Below, piece after piece: positions 50,331-60,666 of a DNA stretch of 64,000 nucleotides. The DNA is taken from the NCBI GenBank assembly GCA_036821645.1, contig DAISJD010000001.1:1700-65699 (forward strand). Reading direction: 5' to 3'. Under the pieces are notes generated by a model, which was given only the letters and a program-made list of their open reading frames with translations, was not told the DNA's origin and ran no database searches. Made by a program: the position numbers and the translations under genes. Origin of the DNA: Aliidongia sp. (lineage in GTDB: Bacteria > Pseudomonadota > Alphaproteobacteria > ATCC43930 > CGMCC-115725). Positions within the stretch are counted from its first letter, which is position 1. The number at the start of each line of letters is the position of its first letter.

Positions 50331-50429
50331 ACAGACGCATGGGTTTAGTGCGTTTTCATCACGGTAAAAAACAACATTTTTCCCTTGTCTTAGCCGATAC
50401 GGGTCATTATAAACACCCTCCTGCGACGG

Positions 50430-50506
50430 CGGAGTGTAGCTCAGCCTGGTAGAGCACTAGCTTCGGGAGCTAGGGGCCGGAGGTTCGAATCCTCTCACTC
50501 CGACCA
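50430..50506 (+). tRNA. tRNA-Pro (anticodon CGG)
   Basis: Hand-folded cloverleaf, 77 nt. Acceptor CGGAGTG/CACTCCG, D arm GCTC-AGCCTGGTA-GAGC, anticodon arm CTAGC-TTCGGGA-GCTAG, T arm GGAGG-TTCGAAT-CCTCT, 3' ACCA. Confidence 0.9.
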
Positions 50507-50528
50507 AATGGTTGGGTCGTCGTCTTTT

Positions 50529-50558
50529 AAAAAAGAAACTTAGGTTTCTTTTTTATTT
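50529..50558 (+). terminator. A/T-flanked hairpin terminator after tRNA-Pro
   Basis: AAAAAAGAAAC-TTAG-GTTTCTTTTTT followed by ATTT. Confidence 0.5.
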
Positions 50559-50625
50559 ATTCAAATACATCCTATATCGGATAATTTTCAATTTCGGTTT
50601 TATCAACATCCTGGGCGAGCGCGTT

Positions 50626-52404
50626 ATGGCATCGACACAAGAAGATATCCCGGTCACGCGACACGCCATCCGGCGGTTCATTCTCACCCCCCTGATCGAA
50701 GACCGGGTTCGCGTCTCTTGTTTTCTGACGGGCATGCTGTTTTCCGTGATCCTCGGCGTTATGGCCACGAAACTGATCGGCGACACGGTCGATGCCGCCG
50801 GACACGGGGCCGATCCCGTTCATCTCATCGGTTTGCTGGGTCTCATCCTTGCCCTGCTCTTTCTCGCCGTCGCAACGCGCTTATTCTCGGATCGCGCCAT
50901 CAATCTTCACACCACCCGCGCGATGGGTGCCATCGTCATCCAAGGTTTTAGCAAGGTACAGGCCTTTGAAACGGGATGGCACGCCGATCATTTTGCGGGC
51001 TCGACCGCGCGAACCGTCACCCGCGCCGCCCAAGGTTACGATATTTTCATCAGTTGCTGCTATTTCCTGTTCATTCCCGCCATCTTGCTGGTTTTCATCA
51101 CAGCCCTCGCCATCGCGCCGGACAGCCCCGCTGCGGCTGGGGCCATGGTATTCGGCAGTACGATCTATTGCTTGGCCACGATCTGGTTCAATGCAACACG
51201 GGTCATGCCGAAGATGACGCGCGCCTTTGCCGAAGACAGTCGGGTGACGGGTGAGTTGGTCGATGCTTTGGGCAATAATGCCGCCGTCAAAAGCTGGGCC
51301 ACAGAACAACGCGAAACCGCCCGCCTCGCCCGGGTCGTCAGTGAATGGACCGGCATTTTGAACGATGCCTGGAATGCCGCCGTTTATAGCGACTGCCTCC
51401 AATCCTCGATTTCCGCCCTGATCCTCATGGCCCCGATCGCCATCGCCTTGCAGGGGTTTCGTGACGGAACCGTGTCCGCGGCCACCGTTGCCACCGTCAT
51501 CGGCGGCGGATTCGTCTTACGCGGCACACTCGTCACTTTTGGTCGCGGCGTACGCGAGACGCAGAATGCCGTTGCCGAAATGACGGAGATGATCGCCCTA
51601 CTCGACCGCCCATGCGAGGCCGAACAGGATCAAGGGCGAACGGTCCTGATGCCACAGCGGGGCGAAATCCGGTTTGAAGCCGTCACTTTTCAATATGCCG
51701 GGGCCCCTAACCCCGTTTTCCGCGATCTCTCGGTGCATATTCCCGCCGGACAGACCGTCGCCTTGGTCGGACCTTCCGGCGGCGGCAAAAGCAGCTTCGT
51801 CAAATTACTGCTCGGCCTTTATCAGCCGCGAAACGGGCGAATTTTGATCGATGGCCAAGATCTCGCCCACACGACGCGCACCAGTGCCAGACGGGCGATT
51901 GCGCTCGTCCCTCAGGATCCGGCACTATTTCATCGCAGTCTTGCCGACAATATCGGCTATGGCCAAGAAAGCGTATCGTCTGACGGGGTTGAAACCGCTG
52001 CCCGACGGGCAAGACTGGCCCCGATGATCGACTCTCTGAAAGAAGGCTACGATACGTTCGTCGGCGAGCGGGGCATCAAACTCTCCGGTGGCGAACGCCA
52101 ACGGGTTGCCATTGCCCGCGCCCTGCTCTCCGATCGACCGATCCTCATTTTCGATGAAGCGACATCGAGCCTCGATACCGCCAACGAACAGGCGATCCAA
52201 GCCGCCCTCCAACAAGCGATGGCGGGGCGAACCACCCTCATCATTGCCCACCGGCTGTCGACGGTGCGTCATGCGGATCGGATCCTGGTTTTTAAAGACG
52301 GTGCCATCGTTGAAGATGGCAGCCATCAAGAATTGGCTGCCCGCCCCGATGGGCTTTATGCCCGTCTGCTGAACGGCGCCCCAGCGGACGAGATCGCGGC
52401 ATAA
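50626..52404 (+). CDS. ABC transporter, fused permease/ATP-binding (MsbA-like exporter)
   Basis: 6-TM N-terminal half. Walker A GPSGGGKSS, signature LSGGERQR, Walker B ILIFDEATS. Trimmed to ATG 50626. Confidence 0.85.
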   Translation: MASTQEDIPVTRHAIRRFILTPLIEDRVRVSCFLTGMLFSVILGVMATKLIGDTVDAAGHGADPVHLIGLLGLILALLFLAVATRLFSDRAINLHTTRAMGAIVIQGFSKVQAFETGWHADHFAGSTARTVTRAAQGYDIFISCCYFLFIPAILLVFITALAIAPDSPAAAGAMVFGSTIYCLATIWFNATRVMPKMTRAFAEDSRVTGELVDALGNNAAVKSWATEQRETARLARVVSEWTGILNDAWNAAVYSDCLQSSISALILMAPIAIALQGFRDGTVSAATVATVIGGGFVLRGTLVTFGRGVRETQNAVAEMTEMIALLDRPCEAEQDQGRTVLMPQRGEIRFEAVTFQYAGAPNPVFRDLSVHIPAGQTVALVGPSGGGKSSFVKLLLGLYQPRNGRILIDGQDLAHTTRTSARRAIALVPQDPALFHRSLADNIGYGQESVSSDGVETAARRARLAPMIDSLKEGYDTFVGERGIKLSGGERQRVAIARALLSDRPILIFDEATSSLDTANEQAIQAALQQAMAGRTTLIIAHRLSTVRHADRILVFKDGAIVEDGSHQELAARPDGLYARLLNGAPADEIAA

Positions 52405-52434
52405 ACCCATCGGTCCGCCGGATAGGCTGAGCGG

Positions 52435-52809
52435 TCAGGGGTTAACCGTTTTTAAAAACGCGATCACAGCCTCGCGTTCTTCCGGTTTTTTCAATCCGAT
52501 AAAGGCCATTTTCGTCCCTGCTAAAAATGTGCGCGGATTTTCGATGAATTGATCGAGGGCCGCCTCATCCCAAGTCGGTCCGGCTTCCTTCATCGCCGTA
52601 GAATAGGTATAGCCCTCGACGGTGCCGCCCTTGCGGCCAACCACACCAGCCAAACTCGGCCCAACCCGGTTTTGGCCCGGCATGACGGAATGACAAATGC
52701 CGCAAGAGCGTTTGAAAATCATTTCGCCATCCCCTTCAGCACGGGCGACACCGCCCAGCGCCGCAAAAGCCAAGACCCCCAACCCTAAGATCACGCGATA
52801 CCGGCTCAT
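52435..52809 (-). CDS. class I c-type cytochrome (c2-like)
   Basis: Signal peptide, single CGICH heme site, GTKMAF (Met ligand region). Trimmed to ATG 52809. Confidence 0.8.
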   Translation of the reverse strand: MSRYRVILGLGVLAFAALGGVARAEGDGEMIFKRSCGICHSVMPGQNRVGPSLAGVVGRKGGTVEGYTYSTAMKEAGPTWDEAALDQFIENPRTFLAGTKMAFIGLKKPEEREAVIAFLKTVNP

Positions 52810-53403
52810 CCTTTTTCTCCATGACCGTAACGGCTCGTGATCAGGGACAGTGTCGCCTGTCACAGTGGCCCGACAGTGCCGCGGATTGTGCCTGGGCTCG
52901 GTTATGACGCAAGGTCTTTATCGGCAAAACAGGCCCCCCAATCCTGCATCATGACAATATTGACTAAAAATTAGCATTTTCTACCACTTTCTCCCAACAA
53001 TCGATCCTGCAACGCAGCATCAATCAGCACCAAACAAGAGAAACCCTTGTTTTTTTGCCCCCGCTCAAACTTGGCACGGTCTTTGAATATACCCTTGCGT
53101 AAGCCGCGACGATCAAACGAACCGTAGATAAAGAAATGTTAAAATACGGCCATCGGTTGGTTAAACCCTCGTCGGCATGAAATGGCGGGATAAAGTGAAT
53201 TACTTTCCAATAATCATGGTGCCCCCCACCCAGGAAATTAATTAGCTTTATCTCGTCACTTCTTAAACCAGTTACTGACGAATATGCCACCAGGATAAAT
53301 CATCTTGGCATCACCCCAGTTATTGCCGAGATATAACCCTTGTATGCATCAGATATGGCCCAACGCGTCATATAGATTGCATCGCAAAACTAGGAATTCG
53401 ACC

Positions 53404-53751
53404 ATGTCTTACGCCGGATTGACAAAACTCGCCGTCTTCGCCGCCATCGCCTCTTCTTTGGTGCTGCTGCCGTCTGCCGAAGCGGCAAGCCGTCATCGGC
53501 CACAACAGGCCTCAAACCAAGAAGAATGCACGATGATCAATCGCTTGGAACCCGGACGCGAAGGGCGCGACATCCATGTCATGGATCTCGATTGCCTAAG
53601 CAAGGCCGCCCCGTCTCAAGACGATTGCAGTTTCGTGACGACAAGCCGCATCGACCCCGATGGGGTACAAGTCATCGTGAGCGATCTTACCTGCCCGCGC
53701 AAAAACCGTGCTGCCCCCTTGAACAAGAACGGCATTGCGACGCTGAAATAA
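53404..53751 (+). CDS. hypothetical secreted protein (4 Cys)
   Basis: Signal peptide ...LLPSAEAAS. No family recognised. An 11-bp hairpin (53785-53809) lies downstream. Confidence 0.4.
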   Translation: MSYAGLTKLAVFAAIASSLVLLPSAEAASRHRPQQASNQEECTMINRLEPGREGRDIHVMDLDCLSKAAPSQDDCSFVTTSRIDPDGVQVIVSDLTCPRKNRAAPLNKNGIATLK

Positions 53752-54221
53752 ACGAAACGATCGAAAATGACCGATGCAGACAATGCGGGCGATGATTATC
53801 ATCGCCCGCATCGACGATAAAACATCAATACAGTTATAAAGTAGGACAATAGTCCCAAGGAAGCAAAAAAAATAATAAAATTTTTATTTAAATTTTACGA
53901 TAAAAACTCCAAAAAAAAACTGTAATTATTTTCCGTTCTTTAGCTGCCACACCCTGAAAAGCGATTCCCCGCCCTCACGACCTCAGTCGCAAAAAAATTG
54001 ATAAGCGCTCTGATCATCCCGATAAGATAATGCGACATAAGCGCGCGAAACCACCTATTTTTACGGGCATTGCCCCCTCGCAGCGCCGGATGGCCATAGT
54101 CTATTCCATCAATCCTATGGTAGAAGATTTGCACTGAGGTGGTCGCTGGTGTTACCTAGTGGCCGTGCGGTGCTGTCGGCTTCGTCGCCTGGGGCCCTTA
54201 ACTCTTTTTTCGTGGCGTCTC

Positions 54222-56204
54222 ATGCTCGTTGAAATTGGTCACTTCGCCCTGATAATGGGCCTGCTCGTTGCCGGTTTCCAAGGGTTCGTTCCCTTGATCG
54301 GCGCCGCCCGTCGCGACGTCGCCGCCATGGCTTTTGCCAAACCAGCGGCACTCGTGCATTTTGCACTGGTTCTGGTCGCGTTCGGCACCTTCATGTTTGC
54401 CCATGTCGTGTCAGATTTTTCGGTCTTGAACGTGGTGAATAACTCGCACACGACCAAACCGATGCTTTATAAAATTACCGGCGTCTGGGGCAGCCACGAA
54501 GGCTCCATGCTGCTGTGGGTCTTTATTCTGGCCTTTTACGGTGCCTTGATGGCGCTGCTCAGCGGCAGTTTGCCGACGACCCTCAAGGCCCGTGCCCTGG
54601 CAGTCCAGGGATTGATCAGTTTCGGTATGCTGGCGTTTGTCATTTTTACGTCGGATCCGTTTTTGCGCGTGATCCCGGCACCGATCAATGGAAACGATCT
54701 CAATCCGCTCCTCCAGGATCCGGGATTGGCGTTTCACCCGCCCTTCCTCTATCTCGGTTATGTTGGCTTTTCCGTCTCCTACTCCTTCGCCATTGCCGGA
54801 CTGATCGAGGGTCGAATCGATTCCGCCTGGGCCCGTTGGTTGCGGCCTTGGACGCTCACAGCCTGGGTTGCCTTGACGATCGGCATCGCCCTCGGCTCTT
54901 GGTGGGCCTATTACGTGCTTGGTTGGGGGGGCTGGTGGTATTGGGATCCAGTCGAAAACGCCTCTTTCATGCCGTGGCTTCTGGGGACCGCCCTCTTGCA
55001 TAGTGTCGCGGTTGTCGAAAAACGCGAAACCGTGATTCGTTGGACCCTGCTTCTTGCCATCATCACCTTCGGGATGAGCCTGATCGGCACCTTCCTCGTC
55101 CGGTCTGGCGTCATTACGTCAGTACATGCCTTTGCCTCCGATCCCAAACGGGGCAGTTTCATTTTGGCCCTCATCGCGCTGGTGATCGGCGGTGGCCTCA
55201 GCCTGTTTTCATGGCGCGCGCCCAGCCTCGCCGCCGGCAATGAGTTTGAACTAAAAAGTCGGGAAAGCACCCTCATTTTCAATAATTTCATGATCAGCAT
55301 CGGCATGTTGATCGTGTTCTTCGGCACGTTCTGGCCCCTGTTCACCGAAATTTTCGGTCTGAAAATGTCAGTGGGCGCACCGTTCTTCAACCTGACCTTC
55401 CCCTTTGCCATGGTCCCGGCGATTCTCGTGATGGCAATCGCACCGATGCTTGCATGGCGGCGGGCAAAATTGGGTCCCGTCATGCGCAAAATGGTTCCGG
55501 CCAGCCTTGCCGCTCTTGTGATGGTCGTCATTGCCGCCCTCGTAGGTGGTACCGACAGTCCGGCGGCCTTGTTCGGTGTTGCCGTTGCCTCTTGGGTGAT
55601 TGGGGGCGTCGTCACGGATGTTCTCGATCGGGCGCAGGTGCTGCGCGTACCCTTTGGAACATCGTTACGCCGCTTGTCCCATGTCCCGCAAAGCATGTGG
55701 GGCGGGTTGATGGCCCATTTCGGCGTCGGCGTCCTGGTTGCCGGTATCGCGGTTTCGACTGCCTGGAAGGCGGAAAAGGTCGATGTCATGCGGATCGGCG
55801 AAACCGCGACCATCGCCGGACGCAGCGTGACCTTGGTCGAGGTCACCGAAGGGATGCAAGATAATTATCAATGGCAGCGGGCCCGCCTCCAAGTCGAAAC
55901 CCCGAGTGGCACGCTGACCCTGTTTCCCGAACGGCGCAACTATCCCGTCGCCCGCAGCCAAACCATCGTTACCTCCATCTCTTCCAACGGGTTGGCCGAT
56001 CTCTATTCGGCCTTGGGCGATCCAGACGGCAAAGGTGGCTATACGATCCGGCTTTATTTCAATCCCCTCGTCCCCTGGATTTGGTTTGGGGCCGGTTTTG
56101 CGGCCTTGGGCGGGATTATCTCATTGACTGGTCGTCGCCTCAGCCTGAAAACGGTCCGCAAGCGCGCGATGAAGGCCGCTTCGTCCGAGGGTGCCAAGCC
56201 ATGA
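54222..56204 (+). CDS. ccmF: cytochrome c-type biogenesis heme lyase subunit CcmF
   Basis: Polytopic protein. WGGWWYWDPVENASFMPW (WWD motif). Trimmed to ATG 54222. Confidence 0.9.
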   Translation: MLVEIGHFALIMGLLVAGFQGFVPLIGAARRDVAAMAFAKPAALVHFALVLVAFGTFMFAHVVSDFSVLNVVNNSHTTKPMLYKITGVWGSHEGSMLLWVFILAFYGALMALLSGSLPTTLKARALAVQGLISFGMLAFVIFTSDPFLRVIPAPINGNDLNPLLQDPGLAFHPPFLYLGYVGFSVSYSFAIAGLIEGRIDSAWARWLRPWTLTAWVALTIGIALGSWWAYYVLGWGGWWYWDPVENASFMPWLLGTALLHSVAVVEKRETVIRWTLLLAIITFGMSLIGTFLVRSGVITSVHAFASDPKRGSFILALIALVIGGGLSLFSWRAPSLAAGNEFELKSRESTLIFNNFMISIGMLIVFFGTFWPLFTEIFGLKMSVGAPFFNLTFPFAMVPAILVMAIAPMLAWRRAKLGPVMRKMVPASLAALVMVVIAALVGGTDSPAALFGVAVASWVIGGVVTDVLDRAQVLRVPFGTSLRRLSHVPQSMWGGLMAHFGVGVLVAGIAVSTAWKAEKVDVMRIGETATIAGRSVTLVEVTEGMQDNYQWQRARLQVETPSGTLTLFPERRNYPVARSQTIVTSISSNGLADLYSALGDPDGKGGYTIRLYFNPLVPWIWFGAGFAALGGIISLTGRRLSLKTVRKRAMKAASSEGAKP

Positions 56205-56689
56205 GACGGGAACTGCGCGTCGCTCCTCTGGCCGCGGCACTGTTCTTGTGCACCGTCGGTGTCGCCTTTGCGATCGAACCCGGCGAACGGCTTGACGACC
56301 CCGTGCTTGAAGCCCGGGCCCGCTCGATCAGCCAGGACCTGCGCTGCCTCGTCTGTCAGAACGTCTCGATCGACGAATCGAATGCCAGTCTTGCCAAAGA
56401 TCTGCGTCTGCTTGTCCGCGAACGCCTGTTGGCAGGAGACAGCGATGCAGCCGTCAAGCAATTCATGGTCGACCGATACGGCGATTTCGTGCTTCTGAAA
56501 CCGCGCATCACGATGGCCACGATCGGTTTATGGCTCGTCGCACCCGTTGCCGGTCTTATCGGCCTCGTCGTCCTCATCCTGCGTCGTCGTTCGGGTCCGG
56601 CCATGGCGACGAAGCCGCTCTCCCCCGAAGAAGAACGGCGTTTGAAGGCTCTGATGAACCGCCCCGATCTGCGCGTGGATTCCCAATGA
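56201..56689 (+). CDS. ccmH: cytochrome c-type biogenesis protein CcmH
   Basis: LRCLVCQNVSIDESNA (LRCxxCQ motif). ATGA overlap with the ccmF stop. Confidence 0.85.
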   Translation: MRRELRVAPLAAALFLCTVGVAFAIEPGERLDDPVLEARARSISQDLRCLVCQNVSIDESNASLAKDLRLLVRERLLAGDSDAAVKQFMVDRYGDFVLLKPRITMATIGLWLVAPVAGLIGLVVLILRRRSGPAMATKPLSPEEERRLKALMNRPDLRVDSQ

Positions 56690-58590
56690 CCAGTCTCTTT
56701 GCTCTTTCCGCTGGCATCATTCTCTTGGGTGCGCTCGCAGCCTTGCTTTATCCGTTCGTTCGCGATTATCGCGAAGAGGATATCGAGAATGAGGCACATG
56801 TCGCCCTGCCGATTTATACCCGGCAATTGGTTGACCTGCAAACCGACCTTGACAATAACGTCCTGAGCCAAGAGGCGGCATCGACCCAACGGGCCGAAAT
56901 CGCCCGCCGCATGTTGGCCGCTGAAGAACGCGAGAGAATGGCCTTCAAGCCGCCCTCCGCGCAAAATCGCGTCCTGTGGGTTGCTGGTCTCTCCGCCATC
57001 ATTCCGGTGGCGGCGACGGTGATTTATCTTGGCGTCGGCCGCCCGGAGGCGATCCTGCTGCCGGCCCTGCCCGGCACGTCGACCATCGCCGGGACGGAAC
57101 CCGGTGCCGCCCATTCGCCCAATGAATTGAAGGAGATGGCAAGCCAACTCCGGGCGAAGTTGAAGCAAGATCCGCAAGATATCAATAATTGGGTTCTGTT
57201 GGGTCGTACGCTGGCCCAGACGGAACAATATACCGAGGCGAAGCAAGCCTTCCAAAAAGCGATCGAGCTTGCCCCGGACGAACCCATCCTGTTCGCGCAA
57301 TTGGGCGAAGTCATGGTTCTGGAAGCCCAGGATACCGTGACCGATGCCGCCATTGCCGCCTTCGATAAATCCGGCGACGATCCTCGGGCGCGGTATTATC
57401 TGGCCGTGGCCGATATTCAGCACGACCGCGTCAAGATCGGCATCGATAAGTTGCGCAATCTTTTATCGAGCGCACCCCCCAATGCCCCCTGGCGCGAGCG
57501 GGTGGCCGATACGCTGCGCGAACTGGGCGACGATGTGCCCGATGCCGCACCGCCACCGCAATCGCCCCTATCGATGCCGCCGATCGCGGGCAATGCTAAA
57601 CCCTCGCCCGAGCAGATCGAGGCGATGCAGAAGATGAGCCCCGACGAACGTCAGGCGATGATCCGCTCCATGGTCGACCGTTTGGCAAAGAAGCTCGACG
57701 AGAATCCGAACGACAAGGCCGGGTGGGAACGTTTGGCCGGGGCCTATGATGTCTTGGGCGATAAGGATAAGGCCGAAGAAGCCAGAAAGCGCGGACGCGC
57801 GATCAAGGATGGCGCTGCCCCCCCAACATCACCGCCATCTGCGGCCTCATCGGCGCAAAAGCCCCCTGCGGCAAGTGCTGCTGCCCCCGGCCCCACGCGC
57901 GAGCAAATGGATGCAGCCGCGTCCATGAGCGACGGTGAACGCACGGCCATGATCCGCTCGATGGTTGAACGCCTGGCGAAAAAGCTGGACGAAAATCCGA
58001 ACGACAAGGCCGGATGGGAACGTCTCGCCAACGCCTATACGGTGATGGGCGATAAGGAAAAGGCAGAAGAAGCCCGCAAACGCGCGGCAGCCCTACCGCC
58101 CCCCGGCGACGAACCGAAAGCGGCCGATCCTCAAAAACCCGTCGGCAAAAGTTCGTCCAACGCAAAGCCGGATCCATCGAAGCAGAAACAATTGGTCGCG
58201 CGCACGCAATCGTCACCGACCGATATGGATGGCTGGATCGAGCTTAGCCGCTATTACAATGATACGGGCGATCTGCCCCTGGCGCTTGAGACCCTGAAAC
58301 GCGGGACCGAAGCCAATCCGCGCAATATCGACCTCTTGATGGCCTATGCCGATGGGCTTGCGACCGGCATAAAAGGGGAAACCTTACCCAATGATTTTGT
58401 GGAAGCGATGCGTAAGGTCAATGCCCTCGATCCAGAACAGAGCGACGCCCTCTGGTATCTGGGGCTTGATGCATCCAACCATAACGACCGTCCAAGGGCT
58501 GCGGCCTATTGGACGCGCCTCCTCGGCAATCTTAAGGATGGCAGCGAAGAGCGCGCCTTTGTACAAAAACGTCTGGAAGCCTTAAAATGA
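56686..58590 (+). CDS. ccmI: cytochrome c-type biogenesis protein CcmI (CycH-like, TPR), unusually long
   Basis: N-terminal TM pair, TPR-like repeats, ATGA overlap with the ccmH stop. Contains an internal 97-aa tandem duplication. Confidence 0.7.
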   Translation: MTSLFALSAGIILLGALAALLYPFVRDYREEDIENEAHVALPIYTRQLVDLQTDLDNNVLSQEAASTQRAEIARRMLAAEERERMAFKPPSAQNRVLWVAGLSAIIPVAATVIYLGVGRPEAILLPALPGTSTIAGTEPGAAHSPNELKEMASQLRAKLKQDPQDINNWVLLGRTLAQTEQYTEAKQAFQKAIELAPDEPILFAQLGEVMVLEAQDTVTDAAIAAFDKSGDDPRARYYLAVADIQHDRVKIGIDKLRNLLSSAPPNAPWRERVADTLRELGDDVPDAAPPPQSPLSMPPIAGNAKPSPEQIEAMQKMSPDERQAMIRSMVDRLAKKLDENPNDKAGWERLAGAYDVLGDKDKAEEARKRGRAIKDGAAPPTSPPSAASSAQKPPAASAAAPGPTREQMDAAASMSDGERTAMIRSMVERLAKKLDENPNDKAGWERLANAYTVMGDKEKAEEARKRAAALPPPGDEPKAADPQKPVGKSSSNAKPDPSKQKQLVARTQSSPTDMDGWIELSRYYNDTGDLPLALETLKRGTEANPRNIDLLMAYADGLATGIKGETLPNDFVEAMRKVNALDPEQSDALWYLGLDASNHNDRPRAAAYWTRLLGNLKDGSEERAFVQKRLEALK

Positions 58591-58729
58591 GCGCATTAGC
58601 GGCATTTAAACGCTTTCGGGGCAATAGAATAGACGTAAGTCCTCTTTTCGAGACATATCTTAAGATAATATCGAAAAAGGTGCATTACGCCTTGGCGACA
58701 TTAACAGATGCGACTTTGGAGTGCGGCAG

Positions 58730-60079
58730 ATGATCGTGAGGCTGGCCAAGCTGCTTTCCCTTTCGGTCGCGATTGGCGCGACCGCCCTTTTCTTAGGGGC
58801 ACAGTCGGCTTCGGCCGAAATCCCGTCACCCCCGGATACCCATATCGGCGTATCCTCGTGTGCGGGTGCCCCTTGTCATGGGTCCGTGCAAAACACCGGC
58901 AAAAAAATCAACGGTGTTTTGCAAAACGAATATTTAACCTGGCAACGCAGTGATAAGCACGCCAAGGCGTTCAGCGTCCTGCAAGGTGATCTCAGCAAGC
59001 GGATTGCCCGCAATCTTGGCCTGCCAAGTGCTGAAAAAGCCGAAATCTGCCTTGATTGTCATGCGGACAATATCCGTCAAGATCTGCGCGGCATCCAATA
59101 CCAACAAGCCGACGGGGTTGGCTGCGAGGCGTGCCACGGCGGTGCCCAGCGTTGGCTTGGCCCGCACGCGACAGGCAAGCTTGATCACAAGGTGCTCGTC
59201 TCGGAATACGGCATGTATCCGACCGACCGTCCGGTCGATCGCGCCAAACTGTGCATGAATTGCCATTTTGGCGATGCAAATCGTTTCGTCACTCATAAGA
59301 TCATGGGGGCCGGTCACCCGCGTCTCGTGTTCGAACTGCAAACCTTCACCCAAATCGAACCCGCGCACTTCCAAATCGACGATATTTATCGCAAGCGCAA
59401 GCGCGTCTATAAGGGCGTCCAAGTGTGGGCCGCAGGCCAGGCGATTTCGTTGCAGCGGATGGTGACGGAACTGCAAAATCCAAAGCGCAAGGGTGAAGGG
59501 GCTTTCCCCGAACTCGTGTTCTTCGATTGCCATGCCTGTCATCACCCGATGAGCAACCTGCGCTGGGAAAAACGCGAAAGCACGATGGTGGCACCCGGCA
59601 TCCCACACTTCAACGACGCGAATGCGGTCATGTTGAAGGCGATTGCCGCCAGGGTTTCACCCGAACTTGGCAACGCCCTGCAAAAGGAAATGCTGGGTCT
59701 GCATCTGGCCTTGTCGCAAGGCCAAGGCAATGCCCAGGAACGGGCCCGGGCCATCGGCGAGATCACCGGTAAGCTTGCCGATCAATTGGGCGAACACGAA
59801 TATACCCGCGAAGATATGCAGGCGATGCTGTCCGCCCTGGTTGCGGCCGCCCGTGCGGGCGATACCACCGACTATGTAACGGCCGAACAGACGACCATGG
59901 CGATTTCGTCCATCATCTCAACCCTCAATCAGGATGGGGTGATGAACGGGACTCAATATGCCGCTTTGAAGTTGGCACTTGACCAATGCTACGCTGCGAC
60001 CAACAAAGAAGAACTCTACGAACCGAAGAAGTTTGTCGCAGCCATGGCGGCCGTTTCGCAGGCCCTGCCTAACCTATAA
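58730..60079 (+). CDS. multiheme c-type cytochrome (4 CxxCH + 1 Cx4CH)
   Basis: Signal peptide. CAGAPCH (58859-58879), CLDCH, CEACH, CMNCH, CHACH. Confidence 0.7.
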   Translation: MIVRLAKLLSLSVAIGATALFLGAQSASAEIPSPPDTHIGVSSCAGAPCHGSVQNTGKKINGVLQNEYLTWQRSDKHAKAFSVLQGDLSKRIARNLGLPSAEKAEICLDCHADNIRQDLRGIQYQQADGVGCEACHGGAQRWLGPHATGKLDHKVLVSEYGMYPTDRPVDRAKLCMNCHFGDANRFVTHKIMGAGHPRLVFELQTFTQIEPAHFQIDDIYRKRKRVYKGVQVWAAGQAISLQRMVTELQNPKRKGEGAFPELVFFDCHACHHPMSNLRWEKRESTMVAPGIPHFNDANAVMLKAIAARVSPELGNALQKEMLGLHLALSQGQGNAQERARAIGEITGKLADQLGEHEYTREDMQAMLSALVAAARAGDTTDYVTAEQTTMAISSIISTLNQDGVMNGTQYAALKLALDQCYAATNKEELYEPKKFVAAMAAVSQALPNL

Positions 60080-60133
60080 TCGAGGCTGTCGATCGGGGGA
60101 TTACCCCGATCGGTTGCCATCATGAAATATCTT

Positions 60134-60165
60134 GCGCCGTACAACCATTGTACGGCGCTTTTTTT
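60134..60165 (+). terminator. rho-independent terminator
   Basis: GCGCCGTAC-AACCATT-GTACGGCGC followed by TTTTTTT, about 55 nt after the cytochrome stop. Confidence 0.7.
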
Positions 60166-60666
60166 GTCCTTAACATTTTGTCCATTGCGACTGATCGGCG
60201 CTTGCGATCATAAAAAAATAATCGTTCGCATGCAAATTGGCAGAGACAAAACCACATCTTTGTATGAAATTGATCCAGGACAAGGTATAGACAACCCAGT
60301 ACGGTGGATCAAATACCGACGATCAAACCCAGGCTCCATAATTTTTTCGGTTATTTTCTGAATTAGGAAAACGATTAACTAGTAAATAAATATACAAAAC
60401 ACACTTGTTGTCTCAGAATAATCGCGAACAACCAGTCGTAAAAAATATAATTAAACACAGATCCCCTATGCCAACGGCGATAACCAAGGCAGGCAGTATC
60501 GATTGTAGAGCAACACCAAAAGATTATTTTATAAAAAATCAGGCCTAAGCCTCGTTCGATCATCGACAGGACCGGTATGATCTGCGAAATATAGCGATGT
60601 AACTCAGTCGTCCTATCGTCAGTGTATTAAGAATCGCTCTTAATATCAAGTGAGAAGTGCCCAGTC

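Noticed and set aside
50430-50630. tRNA-Pro as an integration site for a genomic island.
   Set aside because: There is no integrase, no direct repeat of the tRNA 3' end, and the downstream ABC exporter gene has host-like composition.
53024-53290. 88-aa minus-strand ORF in the cytochrome c / hypothetical gene intergenic region.
   Set aside because: No recognisable domain, signal or RBS, and an odd composition. It is kept unannotated.
60122-60563. Small ORFs 60122-60361(+) and 60375-60563(-) in the AT-rich gap before the MBL gene.
   Set aside because: The first runs straight through a strong rho-independent terminator. Both have improbable Cys/Phe/Ile-rich composition and no RBS. They are likely non-coding.
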